Notes: generated by a model not told the origin, from the letters alone. 64,000 nt of DNA from Candidatus Aenigmatarchaeota archaeon (GCA_043808015.1 JAZDFI010000007.1:10834-74833); one strand, 5' to 3'. Positions 46,291 to 56,212 are shown, counted from the first letter of the stretch. Program-made: numbers and translations.

Positions 46291-46947
46291 ATGGTTAAGA
46301 TTTCGCCTTCCATCCTTTCAGCCAATTTCGCCTGCCTGCAGAGCGAGCTGGAAAAGGTCAGCGAGGCAGAATGGATTCACGTCGACGTGATGGACGGCCG
46401 CTTCGTGCCTAGCATAACCATAGGCCCGCTCGTAGTGAAGGCTCTGCGCAAGATAACGCAACAGGTTCTCGACGTCCACCTCATGATAGAGCACCCGGAA
46501 AAGCACGTGGCGGCGTTCGCGGAAGCGGGCGCGGACATAATCGTCGTGCACGCTGAAGCGTGCAAGGATATTGGCGCTGTCATGGAGCAGATAAAGGGTC
46601 TCGGGTGCAAAGCGGGCGTTTCGATAAAACCGGGAACCAGCGTTTCTGAAATAGAGCATGTTTTACATCTGGCGGACGTCGTGCTGGTCATGACGGTCGA
46701 GCCGGGCTTCGGCGGCCAGAAGTTCATGCCGCATTCGCTAGCTAAGGTGACGCAGCTCAAGGAAATCGCCCTGGAGAAAAATCTCCACTTCGAGATAGAA
46801 GTCGACGGCGGCATAAACAAGGACAACTGCTTCGACGTCGCTAGCGCCGGAGCGGACGTGCTCGTGGCGGGCTCTGCGATATTCTACAGCGATGACCCGG
46901 CAGCCATGCTGAGAACGATAAGGGAAAAGGCCGACGCATCGGCTTGA
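46291..46947 (+). CDS. rpe: Ribulose-phosphate 3-epimerase
   Basis: SPSILS, HVDVMDG.FVP, MTVEPGFGGQ, VDGG. Confidence 0.96.
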   Translation: MVKISPSILSANFACLQSELEKVSEAEWIHVDVMDGRFVPSITIGPLVVKALRKITQQVLDVHLMIEHPEKHVAAFAEAGADIIVVHAEACKDIGAVMEQIKGLGCKAGVSIKPGTSVSEIEHVLHLADVVLVMTVEPGFGGQKFMPHSLAKVTQLKEIALEKNLHFEIEVDGGINKDNCFDVASAGADVLVAGSAIFYSDDPAAMLRTIREKADASA

Positions 46948-46971
46948 GAGTCTAAACGGAATGGTGATTTT

Positions 46972-47796
46972 ATGAAAATTTTTGTGGATTCAGCGGAAAT
47001 CGACGAGATAAACAAGGCGAAGGAATACGGCATGTGCGACGGCGTGACTACGAACCCCTCGCTCATAAAGAAAGCGGTAGACAAGCTGAAAATCGCTGGT
47101 AAAAAAGTCGACATGGTGAATTACATTTCAGACATATGCAAGATCGCCGGCAGGGACAGCCCTGTAAGTCTCGAGGTTGTCAGTCTCAAGGCGGAGGACA
47201 TGGCCAAGGAAGGCGTGATGCTTTACGGCAAGTTCAACGGCCTCATGGGCAACGTCGTGATAAAGGTCCCGATTAGCACTTCCCGCGACGATACAGGAGA
47301 GCATTACGAGGGGCTGAAAGCGATAAAGGATCTCAGCCGCAGGAAAATCCCGGTCAACGCCACGCTTGTAATGACGCCGGAGCAGGCGCTGCTCGCGGCG
47401 AAAGCGGGAGCGGCGTACGTAAGCCCTTTCGCCGGCAGGATTGACGATTATATAAGAACGGGAATGAACGAGAGCTTCGGCAAGGCGGACTATTTCCCGG
47501 CGGAGGGGAAGCACAAGGACAATTCGCTGGTTCACGACAAGGGCATAGCGAGCGGCGTCGAGCTGGTCAAAAGGACGATGGAAATACTGGAGAAATACGA
47601 CCTCAAAACCGAAGTCATCGCGGCTTCGCTGCGCAACGCCAGGCAGGTGCGAGAGGTCGCGCTCGCCGGGGCTCACATAGCTACCATACCTTTCGACGTG
47701 CTCGAGGAAATGATAAAGCACCCGAAGACGTTCGAGGGCATAGTCAAGTTCTCGGAAGACGTCGTGCCCGAATACAGGCGGATTTTCGAGCAGTAA
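46972..47796 (+). CDS. tal: Transaldolase
   Basis: FVDSA, GVTTNPSL, VIKVP, NATL, YVSPFAGRIDD, AASLR. Confidence 0.92.
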   Translation: MKIFVDSAEIDEINKAKEYGMCDGVTTNPSLIKKAVDKLKIAGKKVDMVNYISDICKIAGRDSPVSLEVVSLKAEDMAKEGVMLYGKFNGLMGNVVIKVPISTSRDDTGEHYEGLKAIKDLSRRKIPVNATLVMTPEQALLAAKAGAAYVSPFAGRIDDYIRTGMNESFGKADYFPAEGKHKDNSLVHDKGIASGVELVKRTMEILEKYDLKTEVIAASLRNARQVREVALAGAHIATIPFDVLEEMIKHPKTFEGIVKFSEDVVPEYRRIFEQ

Positions 47797-47845
47797 GCCG
47801 TTTCCGGGGCAAAAGCATAAATTTAAGCAAAACAATCTGTTTTCT

Positions 47846-49138
47846 ATGAAAATCTCCATAATGGGCACGGGTTACGTCGGTCTCTCGACCGGCGTGGGCT
47901 TCGCTGTCAAAGGCAACGACGTCATCTGCGTCGACATAGACCATAAGAAAGTCGAGACCATAAACAGCGGCGTCTCGCCGATATTCGAGCCTCACCTCGA
48001 CGGCCACCTCAGGGAAGCGCTTAAGAAAGGGAATCTCAAGGCAACGACGGACGTGAAAGGCGCGGTAGAAGCGACGGAAGTCAGCTTCATTTCTGTCGGC
48101 ACGCCATCCAGCGAGGACGGCTCCATAGACCTGAGCTTCATCGAAACGGTAGCGAGGCAGATAGGAGAAGTCCTGAAGACGAAGGATGAGTATCATGTCG
48201 TCGTCGTAAAGTCGACAGTCGTTCCAGGCACGACCGAAGGCATTGTCAAGCACAACATAGAAAAGGCGTCGGGCAAGAAGGCCGGAAATGATTTCGGCCT
48301 GTGCATGAACCCCGAGTTCCTGCGCGAGGGCCGCGCTATCGAAGACTTCCTCAAGCCAGACAGGGTAGTCATAGGCGAGTCCGACAAGAGAGCGGGCAAC
48401 GTCATAGAGAAATTATATTCCAATTTCATGGCGCCGGTCCTCAGGACGGACCTGAAGACGGCGGAAATGATAAAGTACGCGAGCAACGCGTTCCTCGCGA
48501 CGAAGATTTCCTACACGAACGAGATGGGCAACATATGCAAGCGCCTTGGCATCGACGTGAACGAAGTGATGAAAGGCGTCGGCATGGACCACCGCATCTC
48601 ACCGCACTTCCTCAACGCGGGCGTCGGCTACGGTGGCTCGTGCTTCCCCAAGGACGTGGAAGCGCTGATATGGAAGGCGAGGGACGCTGGTTACGAACCG
48701 AAGCTGCTCGAAGAGGTCCATCGTTTGAACGACAGGCAGAAAGTCATGATAGTCGAACATCTCGAAAGGCGGATCCCGAACCTTAAAGGTAAGACGATCT
48801 GCCTGCTCGGGCTCGCGTTCAAGCCCGACTCCGACGACATCCGGGAGGCGTCGTCGATATACATAATAGAGCGACTCTTGCAGAAGGGCGCGAAAGTCAA
48901 AGCATACGACCCTCAGGCGATGGAGCACATGAGGAAGATACACCCGTCCGTCGACTACATGAAGAGCGCGCAGGACGCGCTCGATAACAGCGACGCTTGC
49001 ATAGTCGTGACCGAGTGGAACGAGTTCAAACGCCTTACGGATGCGGATTTCTCGAAGATGAAAAGCAGGGTCATTCTCGAGGGCAGGCGCATCCTCGACC
49101 GGGATAAAGTCTCGAAGTTCGAGGGCATCTGCTGGTAA
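47846..49138 (+). CDS. ugd: UDP-glucose/GDP-mannose 6-dehydrogenase
   Basis: GTGYVG, NPEFLREG, GYGGSCFPKD, GLAFKP. Confidence 0.92.
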   Translation: MKISIMGTGYVGLSTGVGFAVKGNDVICVDIDHKKVETINSGVSPIFEPHLDGHLREALKKGNLKATTDVKGAVEATEVSFISVGTPSSEDGSIDLSFIETVARQIGEVLKTKDEYHVVVVKSTVVPGTTEGIVKHNIEKASGKKAGNDFGLCMNPEFLREGRAIEDFLKPDRVVIGESDKRAGNVIEKLYSNFMAPVLRTDLKTAEMIKYASNAFLATKISYTNEMGNICKRLGIDVNEVMKGVGMDHRISPHFLNAGVGYGGSCFPKDVEALIWKARDAGYEPKLLEEVHRLNDRQKVMIVEHLERRIPNLKGKTICLLGLAFKPDSDDIREASSIYIIERLLQKGAKVKAYDPQAMEHMRKIHPSVDYMKSAQDALDNSDACIVVTEWNEFKRLTDADFSKMKSRVILEGRRILDRDKVSKFEGICW

Positions 49139-49186
49139 AAGGAAAATTGCAGAAATTTTTTCTGGAAAATTTAAAAGAAAAATGAA

Positions 49187-49204
49187 GGCCTGAAAAACCA
49201 GGCC
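49187..49204. terminator. Hairpin between convergent ugd and MC1 genes
   Basis: GGCCTG-N6-CAGGCC. Confidence 0.45.
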
Positions 49205-49214
49205 CGAAACGAAC

Positions 49215-49502
49215 TTAAATCTTGTTGACTTTCTCTATGCCAACCTTCTTGACGAATGCCTTCTTAATCCTTGCAGGCAACCACTCCGGCCTCTTCTCGG
49301 GGGCGTCCACAACCTTCACGCTTCCCTTGAAGACGTGGATTGTGTAAGTTCTGTCCTTGTTTCTCCTGCCTCTTTCGCGGAGCTTTATGTCAGCTATGCC
49401 CCTCGCCGCGGCCTTAAGAGCGGCCTGTCTCGGAGACCTGCCTGTGAATACAGACACGTTGTTGCCTTTCTTAAGAAGGTAATACTTTTTTCTCGAAGCC
49501 AT
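49215..49502 (-). CDS. Non-histone chromosomal protein MC1 family
   Basis: VFTGRSPRQAALKAA.RG..IKLRERG..IHVFKG..PEWLP. Confidence 0.9.
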   Translation of the reverse strand: MASRKKYYLLKKGNNVSVFTGRSPRQAALKAAARGIADIKLRERGRRNKDRTYTIHVFKGSVKVVDAPEKRPEWLPARIKKAFVKKVGIEKVNKI

Positions 49503-49695
49503 CCGGACACCTCCACTTAGCTAACCCATTTTTTTGAAAACCTGTTCGCGTTTGTGTGTTTTCTGTTTAAATTAGTGAAGGAGTATTTAAATCTTTTTCC
49601 CGAAAACCGCTCGATATTGCTCGAATTGCGCAATTTTATCGCGGGTTTTATGCTGCACAGAACCAACTTTTAAAACTTATTCTCTTCGTTTAAAC

Positions 49696-50079
49696 ATGAA
49701 TGAAGCGACGCGCGAGGCAATGAGGAACGGCAATTACATTTTCGTGAACGAGAAGAAAGATGATAATTTTTACCGCTTTCTCAACGCAATCACGAATAAC
49801 CCGGCGGCAATACTGAGGGCCCTTGACAAGTACTGGAACGACGCGCATGAAATCGATGGAAAAATAAATCAAATACAGCAGGAAGTGGGAATAAAAGTGG
49901 AAGACTTGTACGTGCCTTCGGTGGCATTCACGTGCATCGTGCCAAACCTCAAGGAAATCGGAAAGGTGGCGGAAAGGATTAAAATGGACGACTTCGGCTA
50001 TGACGCAGCGCTCACGGCCGCGCGCCTCAGGACAGTGAAAGACTGCGTGACAAGCATGAAAAAAAAGTTCGGGCTGTGA
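49696..50079 (+). CDS. Hypothetical (orphan) protein
   Basis: 127-aa ORF with TTTTAAAA box about 27 nt upstream. Confidence 0.6.
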   Translation: MNEATREAMRNGNYIFVNEKKDDNFYRFLNAITNNPAAILRALDKYWNDAHEIDGKINQIQQEVGIKVEDLYVPSVAFTCIVPNLKEIGKVAERIKMDDFGYDAALTAARLRTVKDCVTSMKKKFGL

Positions 50080-50121
50080 AAAATCAGATGGTTTTTATTC
50101 GGGCTCCAACATTAATTAACT

Positions 50122-50796
50122 ATGGACTTCGACTGGATAATAGGCGTTTTCGTGTTCATGGTTTTCATCGGCTGGTCTTTCTCGTATTATTTCGCCATGT
50201 TTCAGGTACAGGGCTCCAGCTTCGAGCTCGCCGCGGACAGCGGCCAGCAGAAGGTCATGGACTTCCTGGCAGTCGATGTATACGAAGCGCCGGTTAAGTA
50301 TTATTCATCCGGCACCGTCGCCGATGGTGTGCTTAAAGCGAAGTCGCTGTGGTATGCGGGCGAGCGCAACTCGACGATAGTTTTCGGCGGCGGCTCGCTG
50401 CCGTGCAGACTCGATGGGAATGACGTCTACTGGCAGGCTAACGTCGGAGCCGGATACAACTATTACACCATAATGTTCGCCGATGTCAACACGACGCTGA
50501 ACTGCACCGGCACATTCGCCACGACCGGAGCGAACCTCACGTCGCCCTGGGCGCTTGAGAAGAGAGAGATGATTTCAACGGCGAAGATAAGCGAGATGGA
50601 AGGCATGAGCTACAGCAGCTTCCGCAATGGCATCTCGCTGAGGCACAATTTCATGATAACGATAGAGAAGACGTCTGGTAACGTGGAATACGGGAAGGCG
50701 ATTCCTTCCGGACCAGTTAATGTAAACAGCAGGAAGACGGAGCGCAAGGTCTTCGAGACGGGCGAGCTGGCGAATATTACGATAGCTGTGTGGTAA
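50122..50796 (+). CDS. Pilin-cluster membrane-anchored protein
   Basis: N-terminal hydrophobic helix; first gene of the pilin operon. Confidence 0.7.
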   Translation: MDFDWIIGVFVFMVFIGWSFSYYFAMFQVQGSSFELAADSGQQKVMDFLAVDVYEAPVKYYSSGTVADGVLKAKSLWYAGERNSTIVFGGGSLPCRLDGNDVYWQANVGAGYNYYTIMFADVNTTLNCTGTFATTGANLTSPWALEKREMISTAKISEMEGMSYSSFRNGISLRHNFMITIEKTSGNVEYGKAIPSGPVNVNSRKTERKVFETGELANITIAVW

Positions 50797-50797
50797 C

Positions 50798-51166
50798 ATG
50801 AAGGGCTTCTGGAGGATAGTGGAAAGCGTGATGGCGGTCATCATAGTCATGGGTTTCCTCTTGTCGGCCGGGTCCGTTTATCTCAGCAGGACTGATCCGC
50901 AGGAGCTGGTCCCGGCCGGTTACGAGCGATTGAAGGACCTGGATGCGCGCGGCCTGCTGCGGTCTCTAGCGTCAGCGAACGACTACGAAGGGATAAGCGC
51001 GCTGGTCGAGATGCCTGGCTACAGCCACGCTGTCCAGTTATGCGGCTTCGACGGCGCATGCACCGGCAATTACACGGAGGGCAGCAACGTTGCGGTCTCG
51101 ACTTACATCATTGCCGGACACGGGTCATACAGCCCGCAAGAGATAAGGCTTTACATGTGGAGATGA
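50798..51166 (+). CDS. Class III signal peptide (minor pilin-like) protein
   Basis: MKG|FWRIVESVMAVII. Confidence 0.75.
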   Translation: MKGFWRIVESVMAVIIVMGFLLSAGSVYLSRTDPQELVPAGYERLKDLDARGLLRSLASANDYEGISALVEMPGYSHAVQLCGFDGACTGNYTEGSNVAVSTYIIAGHGSYSPQEIRLYMWR

Positions 51167-51738
51167 ATATGAGAACGACGAAAAGAATGAAAGGACAGTT
51201 CTTCTTAATCGGAGCTTTCCTCATACTCCTGCTTTTCTACATGGGCATATCGACTTTTTTCGCGCCCGCCTACACGCAGAAGGGCATAAAGGGCGAGATG
51301 GCTAACTTTTTTTCTAACGTGAGAGACGAATACCCGGCGGCGCTGAACCTTGGGCTTAATTCGACTGGAGGCGCGCAGGCGCTCGTAAATTTCACGGGCA
51401 TAGTCGTCAATGCCTCCAAGAGCAGAGGAGCGTCGCTAGCGGCGCTGTGGATACTCACCCAGAACTCCAGCGACAATCTTAACGTAACCATCGGCAACTA
51501 CATGGGCGCGGCGCTGAACGTCACGCTGAACGTCTCTGACGAGATGAGCACGCTGGAAATTGGCGACGGCGAAACTGCGTCGGTGGTATTCGCTTCGCCG
51601 CTGTCGGAACTGGATTTCCGGGCAAGCTTTAATACGACCGAAAAGAATCTATTATTAGAGAAATACAAGACAAACCTCTATGTTTTTCTAGACATGAGGA
51701 AGGGCAGCGACAAGATAACGGGGGAGACTGTTGCATGA
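51163..51738 (+). CDS. Class III signal peptide (minor pilin-like) protein
   Basis: MKG|QFFLIGAFLILL. Confidence 0.75.
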   Translation: MNMRTTKRMKGQFFLIGAFLILLLFYMGISTFFAPAYTQKGIKGEMANFFSNVRDEYPAALNLGLNSTGGAQALVNFTGIVVNASKSRGASLAALWILTQNSSDNLNVTIGNYMGAALNVTLNVSDEMSTLEIGDGETASVVFASPLSELDFRASFNTTEKNLLLEKYKTNLYVFLDMRKGSDKITGETVA

Positions 51739-52445
51739 AGGGCATCAGCCTGATCTCAGGCGTATTGTTCATGGGCTTCCTGATAGCCGCTACTAGCATA
51801 GTCTACTGGACTGCGCTGCCTACGATTCAGAAAATGCAGTGTTCGATAACTATGGACAAGATGAAATCGACGTTCACGAGCCTCGACGGCGTCATACAGA
51901 CCGTCGCTTCCGAAGGCGAAGGGTCGAAGCGCACGGTCTCGCTCAACGTGGAGGACGGCGAACTGCACGTCGACGGCGACAACGACACGATTTACTGGGA
52001 ATACGAGTGCAGCGCCCCCATCATTTCGCCGAGGACGTTCCAGACTTTCGGCAACGTCATATTCGGAGCGAACCTCGACACCAGCGCACAAGAAGCGACG
52101 TGCGGCGGACAAGCTGGATTCCTGCTCGAGAACGAGCACCTCACAGTCTGCCTGAGGAAAATCGGCTCCGCGGGCAACAACACGGCCTACAACATATCCA
52201 GCGTTCTGGTCTCGGTCTACCAGAAGGACCTTGAACAGGCGATGCCCATAGAGTATCTTGAGATAACGCTCGACAACAACGCGACGTCGTCGACCGGCGA
52301 GGGTTACACGCAGCTCGAGCGGAGCGGCATGCACCTGCCTTACGGAGAAGTCACGGCGCACATGGAATCGGACTACGGTATAACATACGACATAAAATTC
52401 ATACTCGAGTCGGGAGAGGACTTCCTCATCATAAAAGGTGAGTGA
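51735..52445 (+). CDS. Class III signal peptide (pilin-like) protein
   Basis: MKG|ISLISGVLF. Confidence 0.78.
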   Translation: MKGISLISGVLFMGFLIAATSIVYWTALPTIQKMQCSITMDKMKSTFTSLDGVIQTVASEGEGSKRTVSLNVEDGELHVDGDNDTIYWEYECSAPIISPRTFQTFGNVIFGANLDTSAQEATCGGQAGFLLENEHLTVCLRKIGSAGNNTAYNISSVLVSVYQKDLEQAMPIEYLEITLDNNATSSTGEGYTQLERSGMHLPYGEVTAHMESDYGITYDIKFILESGEDFLIIKGE

Positions 52446-52455
52446 CACAGGTGAT

Positions 52456-52983
52456 ATGATGAAATACCGCACGAAATTCCACACGAGAAAGGGCATTTCA
52501 CCGCTGATAGCGACGGTGATGCTCATAGGCATAACCATTCTAATGGCCGTCGCTGTCGGACCGTGGGCCATGAAACTCGCGACCGACGCGACCCAGGGAG
52601 CGACGAACAGCGCGAACCAGGACATGCTATGCAGGTCGACGGCGTATGGCTTCGATTCAGATTACGGCAACTCCGGTGTTTCGTGGAACTTCAACGGCAC
52701 CAACGGCACGGTCACCGTGAAAATAATCAACACTGGCTCGCAGAACCTCTACAACTTCTCGCTCGAGCTGACCATGCAGACGCCCACAGGGACGAAACTT
52801 ATAGTCTATCCCGAGATAAACATAACGTCCGAGACGCAGCGCACGCTCACGAACCCGCTCAAACCCGGCTACGACTGGATAATCGAGGCGGAAGTGGAAA
52901 GCATAAACGACACGTGGTCGCTGACCAAGGTGAAGGTGATAAACGAGGTATGCCCGCGCATATCGCCTTCGGCGGACGTGTGA
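52456..52983 (+). CDS. Archaeal type IV pilin / archaellin-like N-terminal domain protein
   Basis: RKG|ISPLIATVMLIGITI. Confidence 0.85.
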   Translation: MMKYRTKFHTRKGISPLIATVMLIGITILMAVAVGPWAMKLATDATQGATNSANQDMLCRSTAYGFDSDYGNSGVSWNFNGTNGTVTVKIINTGSQNLYNFSLELTMQTPTGTKLIVYPEINITSETQRTLTNPLKPGYDWIIEAEVESINDTWSLTKVKVINEVCPRISPSADV

Positions 52984-53033
52984 AATTTAAGACTTATATG
53001 ACCAGTGACAATATTTAATTAGACGTGGTGTTA

Positions 53034-54488
53034 ATGGACGAAGATTCAAATTTGACAAAGGACCTCACGGATAAGCTATCGACTCTCGAGGACCTGCAGA
53101 ACCTCACGCAGCTCGACATACTCAACATGAAGAACGAGGTCGAGAAGCTCAAGCTCACTTCGTCGTCTCCGCTTCCCAAGGAAACCGAGGAAAGGATAAT
53201 GATGCTCCAGTCCATCGCTAAAGACGTAGAGATGTTCAAGCGGTGGAAGCAGACGGTCGAGGAAGTCAAGTTCCTGCGCGACAGGCTGATGGGCATTTCG
53301 CCTGTCAATGTCACGCCAGAGGACGCCGGAGACTTCGAACAGATGAAAAGGAGCATAGAGGAAATGCGCGCCGAGATCGCCTCGAAGAAGAGCGCGCCAA
53401 TCGACCTGGACGACATAAAGCTGGCCATACAGGAGAACAGGAAGGCCGTGGAGAATCTCAAGTTAATGATAACCGACAAGCCGAAGGGCGCGATGCCCGA
53501 CGCCGAGCCGCTGAGGAAGATGGTGACCGAGAACAGGAGAATCGTCGACGACCTCAAGATGAAGATGGACGTTTCCAATTTCGAAGTCCCGGCAGGCATG
53601 CGGCGGGATATCGAAAGCCTTCACGCTGAAATAAACAACCTCGAGGGCGAGGTCAGGAAAATCAAAACCGACAAAATCGTTCCTCGCTCGAATGACGACA
53701 TGGACCACCTGAGAAACGAGCTGTTCAGCAAGCTGGACGATCTCAACGTCAAATTCGGGCCGAAGAGCTCAGAAGAAGTGAAAAAGGCGATGGAAGCCAA
53801 CAAGGCGAGCATCGACAAGCTGAAGGCGCTCATATCCGGGGAGGAGATGAGCATCGAGAGCCTGAAGCAGGAGATGGGCGAGAACAGGAAGTTCATGACG
53901 GAGATAAAGAGCGTCCTGCTTTCCAAAAGCGCGACTACAGGCAAGAAAATCACTCTTACGCAGGACCCTGACATAAAGACCAAGCTTTCGAAGATGGAGC
54001 AGAGAATCGAGATGCTGGCCGCCAGGATGGAGAAGCTTAACGACCTTAAGCCGATAAAGCTGCCCGACTTCGAGCCGTCTCCAGCGGCGGCGAAGGGCGC
54101 GAAAGCGATGGGGCAGGTAAAGACCAGCGAATTAGACGTCTTGCGCAGGGAAATCGACACCATAGTCTCGCGCATGGACGGGTTCATGACGAAGGACGAC
54201 GTGGAAAAGGGATTCCTCGACAAGCGGATGAAAGCGGACGAGAAGCTCATGACCGGCGACATCTACAAGGACCTCAACGAGGTGAAAAAAGCGATTCTGC
54301 GCAACGAGGATCACGTCAACAGCGTTGCTTCCGATGTCGAGCGCATCAAGAAGGAAGTCGGGACCGTCGAGAAGCGCGAGTGGGGCAAGGTCAGTGAAAT
54401 CCCGAGCATCGACGAGCTCAAGCGCAGGATAGAAGAGCTCGAAAAAAGAATCGAAGAAGTCCACGAGGGGCCGATCTTCATAGAGTGA
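53034..54488 (+). CDS. Long coiled-coil protein
   Basis: Heptad-rich; recurring ENRK/ENRR/ANKA units. Confidence 0.75.
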   Translation: MDEDSNLTKDLTDKLSTLEDLQNLTQLDILNMKNEVEKLKLTSSSPLPKETEERIMMLQSIAKDVEMFKRWKQTVEEVKFLRDRLMGISPVNVTPEDAGDFEQMKRSIEEMRAEIASKKSAPIDLDDIKLAIQENRKAVENLKLMITDKPKGAMPDAEPLRKMVTENRRIVDDLKMKMDVSNFEVPAGMRRDIESLHAEINNLEGEVRKIKTDKIVPRSNDDMDHLRNELFSKLDDLNVKFGPKSSEEVKKAMEANKASIDKLKALISGEEMSIESLKQEMGENRKFMTEIKSVLLSKSATTGKKITLTQDPDIKTKLSKMEQRIEMLAARMEKLNDLKPIKLPDFEPSPAAAKGAKAMGQVKTSELDVLRREIDTIVSRMDGFMTKDDVEKGFLDKRMKADEKLMTGDIYKDLNEVKKAILRNEDHVNSVASDVERIKKEVGTVEKREWGKVSEIPSIDELKRRIEELEKRIEEVHEGPIFIE

Positions 54489-54728
54489 TTACTGGTCCAG
54501 GACTTCGTGCGATGAGTTATTTCTTTCCAGATCGAGAAAATCAGTTCCTATATCGCCTATTGTTTTGTCGAGAAATTTCGCCATCTCGTTTTTGTAGGCA
54601 ATGGGATTGGTGTAGAATAATCCGCTTAATTCATTGAGTTTTTCGAGAATTTTATCAGTATAATCTTTTCTTATTTTGAATTCAGGCGATGTTGCATTTT
54701 GACAGTCTGATCTGAATCCCATAGACAA
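54489..54728 (-). CDS. Hypothetical (orphan, AT-rich) protein
   Basis: 79-aa ORF abutting the convergent stop codon. Confidence 0.45.
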   Translation of the reverse strand: MSMGFRSDCQNATSPEFKIRKDYTDKILEKLNELSGLFYTNPIAYKNEMAKFLDKTIGDIGTDFLDLERNNSSHEVLDQ

Positions 54729-54770
54729 TAATCGGGAAAAAGTTATTTAAGATGTGATTGTTCCACGCGG

Positions 54771-55400
54771 CTAAGAAGCCTTTCGCCTGAATTTCATGAG
54801 GAGGGAGCGCTTTCTCGCCGAGAAGTCCGGGGGGAGGTGCACCTCGTGCATGTCCCTGACGTTCTCGACCGCATAGAACACGTTCGGGTCAACCTCCCTG
54901 ATGGTGCTGATAACGTTCCTGAGCTTGTCCCTCTTTATTATGGCAAATATCATCTTCCTGTCCTTGTTGCCGCCCTGCGTGTCTATCACGGTTATCTTGT
55001 AACCGGCAAGGTCCAGCTTCCCCACCATTTCCGCCGGATCCTTGTTCGTCGTTATTATGACGCTGAGGTACCCCATGGCAAGCATCTCCTCTATCAGTAT
55101 CCCGACGAAAGTCCCTACCGCGAATCCTCCCGCATACGCTATGTAATTGAAAACATTGGTCACGTTGAGCAGTATGTGGCTTATGGCGAAAAGCCATATG
55201 AGCATCTCGAAAAAGCCTATGGAAGAGGCGAGGTATTTCATCCCCCTTGAAATGAATATTATCCTGGCGGTTCCCATGGAAACGTCAATGACCCTTGCAA
55301 TGAAAATGAAAAACGGCACGAGCAGCACGCCTATAATATCGTAATTGAGCATCGAAGCCAGCTCGACCATGACGTCCATGACTAAATATTGCATGAACAT
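54771..55400 (-). CDS. UPF0316 / DUF2179-family membrane protein
   Basis: ARVIDVSMGT.RII; GFFE..IW; YAGGFA.G. Confidence 0.85.
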   Translation of the reverse strand: MFMQYLVMDVMVELASMLNYDIIGVLLVPFFIFIARVIDVSMGTARIIFISRGMKYLASSIGFFEMLIWLFAISHILLNVTNVFNYIAYAGGFAVGTFVGILIEEMLAMGYLSVIITTNKDPAEMVGKLDLAGYKITVIDTQGGNKDRKMIFAIIKRDKLRNVISTIREVDPNVFYAVENVRDMHEVHLPPDFSARKRSLLMKFRRKAS

Positions 55401-55488
55401 GTGTATAAATTTTCAGTGGTAAGAGCGGCGCGGCAAACATATTTAATTACGTGAACCAATAGTCAGAATAGCCGCTGGTGTTGGTTTT

Positions 55489-56211
55489 ATGTCTGAGATA
55501 AAAATGAACATATCCGGAGTTAAGCCGAAAGGCAAGCCCGGCGTTGTCGTATGCGGCGTCGACGAGGCGGGCCGCGGCGCGGTGGTCGGTCCGCTGGTCA
55601 TCGCAGGCGTTTCCGTTTTCGAAAAGGATATCGCTAAGCTGAAGAAAATAGGCGTGCGCGATTCCAAAGAGCTCTCGCCCTCGCAGCGCGAGAGGCTGTC
55701 GCAGGAAATAGAGAAAATCGCGAAGGACATCGTCGTCCTCAAGGTCGGGCCGTGCAAAATCGACGACTACAACAAGCAGGGCGTAAATCTAAACCGCATG
55801 GAAGCGATGAAGATGTGCACGATAATCGACTGTCTGAATGCGAACAAGTCGTTCGTCGACGGCCCCGAGGTCAATACCGAGAAGTTCAAAAGGGTCATGC
55901 AGAAGATGCTGAAACTCGAGACGACTCTCGTGGTCGAGAACCACGCTGACAGCACGTACGCCGTCGTCTCAGCCGCCTCGATAATGGCGAAGGTCGAGAG
56001 AGACAAGGAAATGGCCGAGCTCGGGAAGAAATACGGCATTGATGGAACGGGCTACCCCAGCGACGAGCGCACCATAGCCTCGATGAAAGCCTATCTGGCC
56101 AAGAACAAGAAGTTCCCGGAGAAGGGCCTGGTCCGCTATTCGTGGGACACGACGAAGCAGATGCTCGGCGAGCACAAGCAGAAGAAACTGTTCGGCTTTC
56201 TGAACAGATGA
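55489..56211 (+). CDS. rnhB: Ribonuclease HII with C-terminal PIP box
   Basis: GVDEAGRG, DSKEL, AASIMAKV.RD, GYPSD; QKKLFGF. Confidence 0.96.
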   Translation: MSEIKMNISGVKPKGKPGVVVCGVDEAGRGAVVGPLVIAGVSVFEKDIAKLKKIGVRDSKELSPSQRERLSQEIEKIAKDIVVLKVGPCKIDDYNKQGVNLNRMEAMKMCTIIDCLNANKSFVDGPEVNTEKFKRVMQKMLKLETTLVVENHADSTYAVVSAASIMAKVERDKEMAELGKKYGIDGTGYPSDERTIASMKAYLAKNKKFPEKGLVRYSWDTTKQMLGEHKQKKLFGFLNR

Positions 56212-56212
56212 A

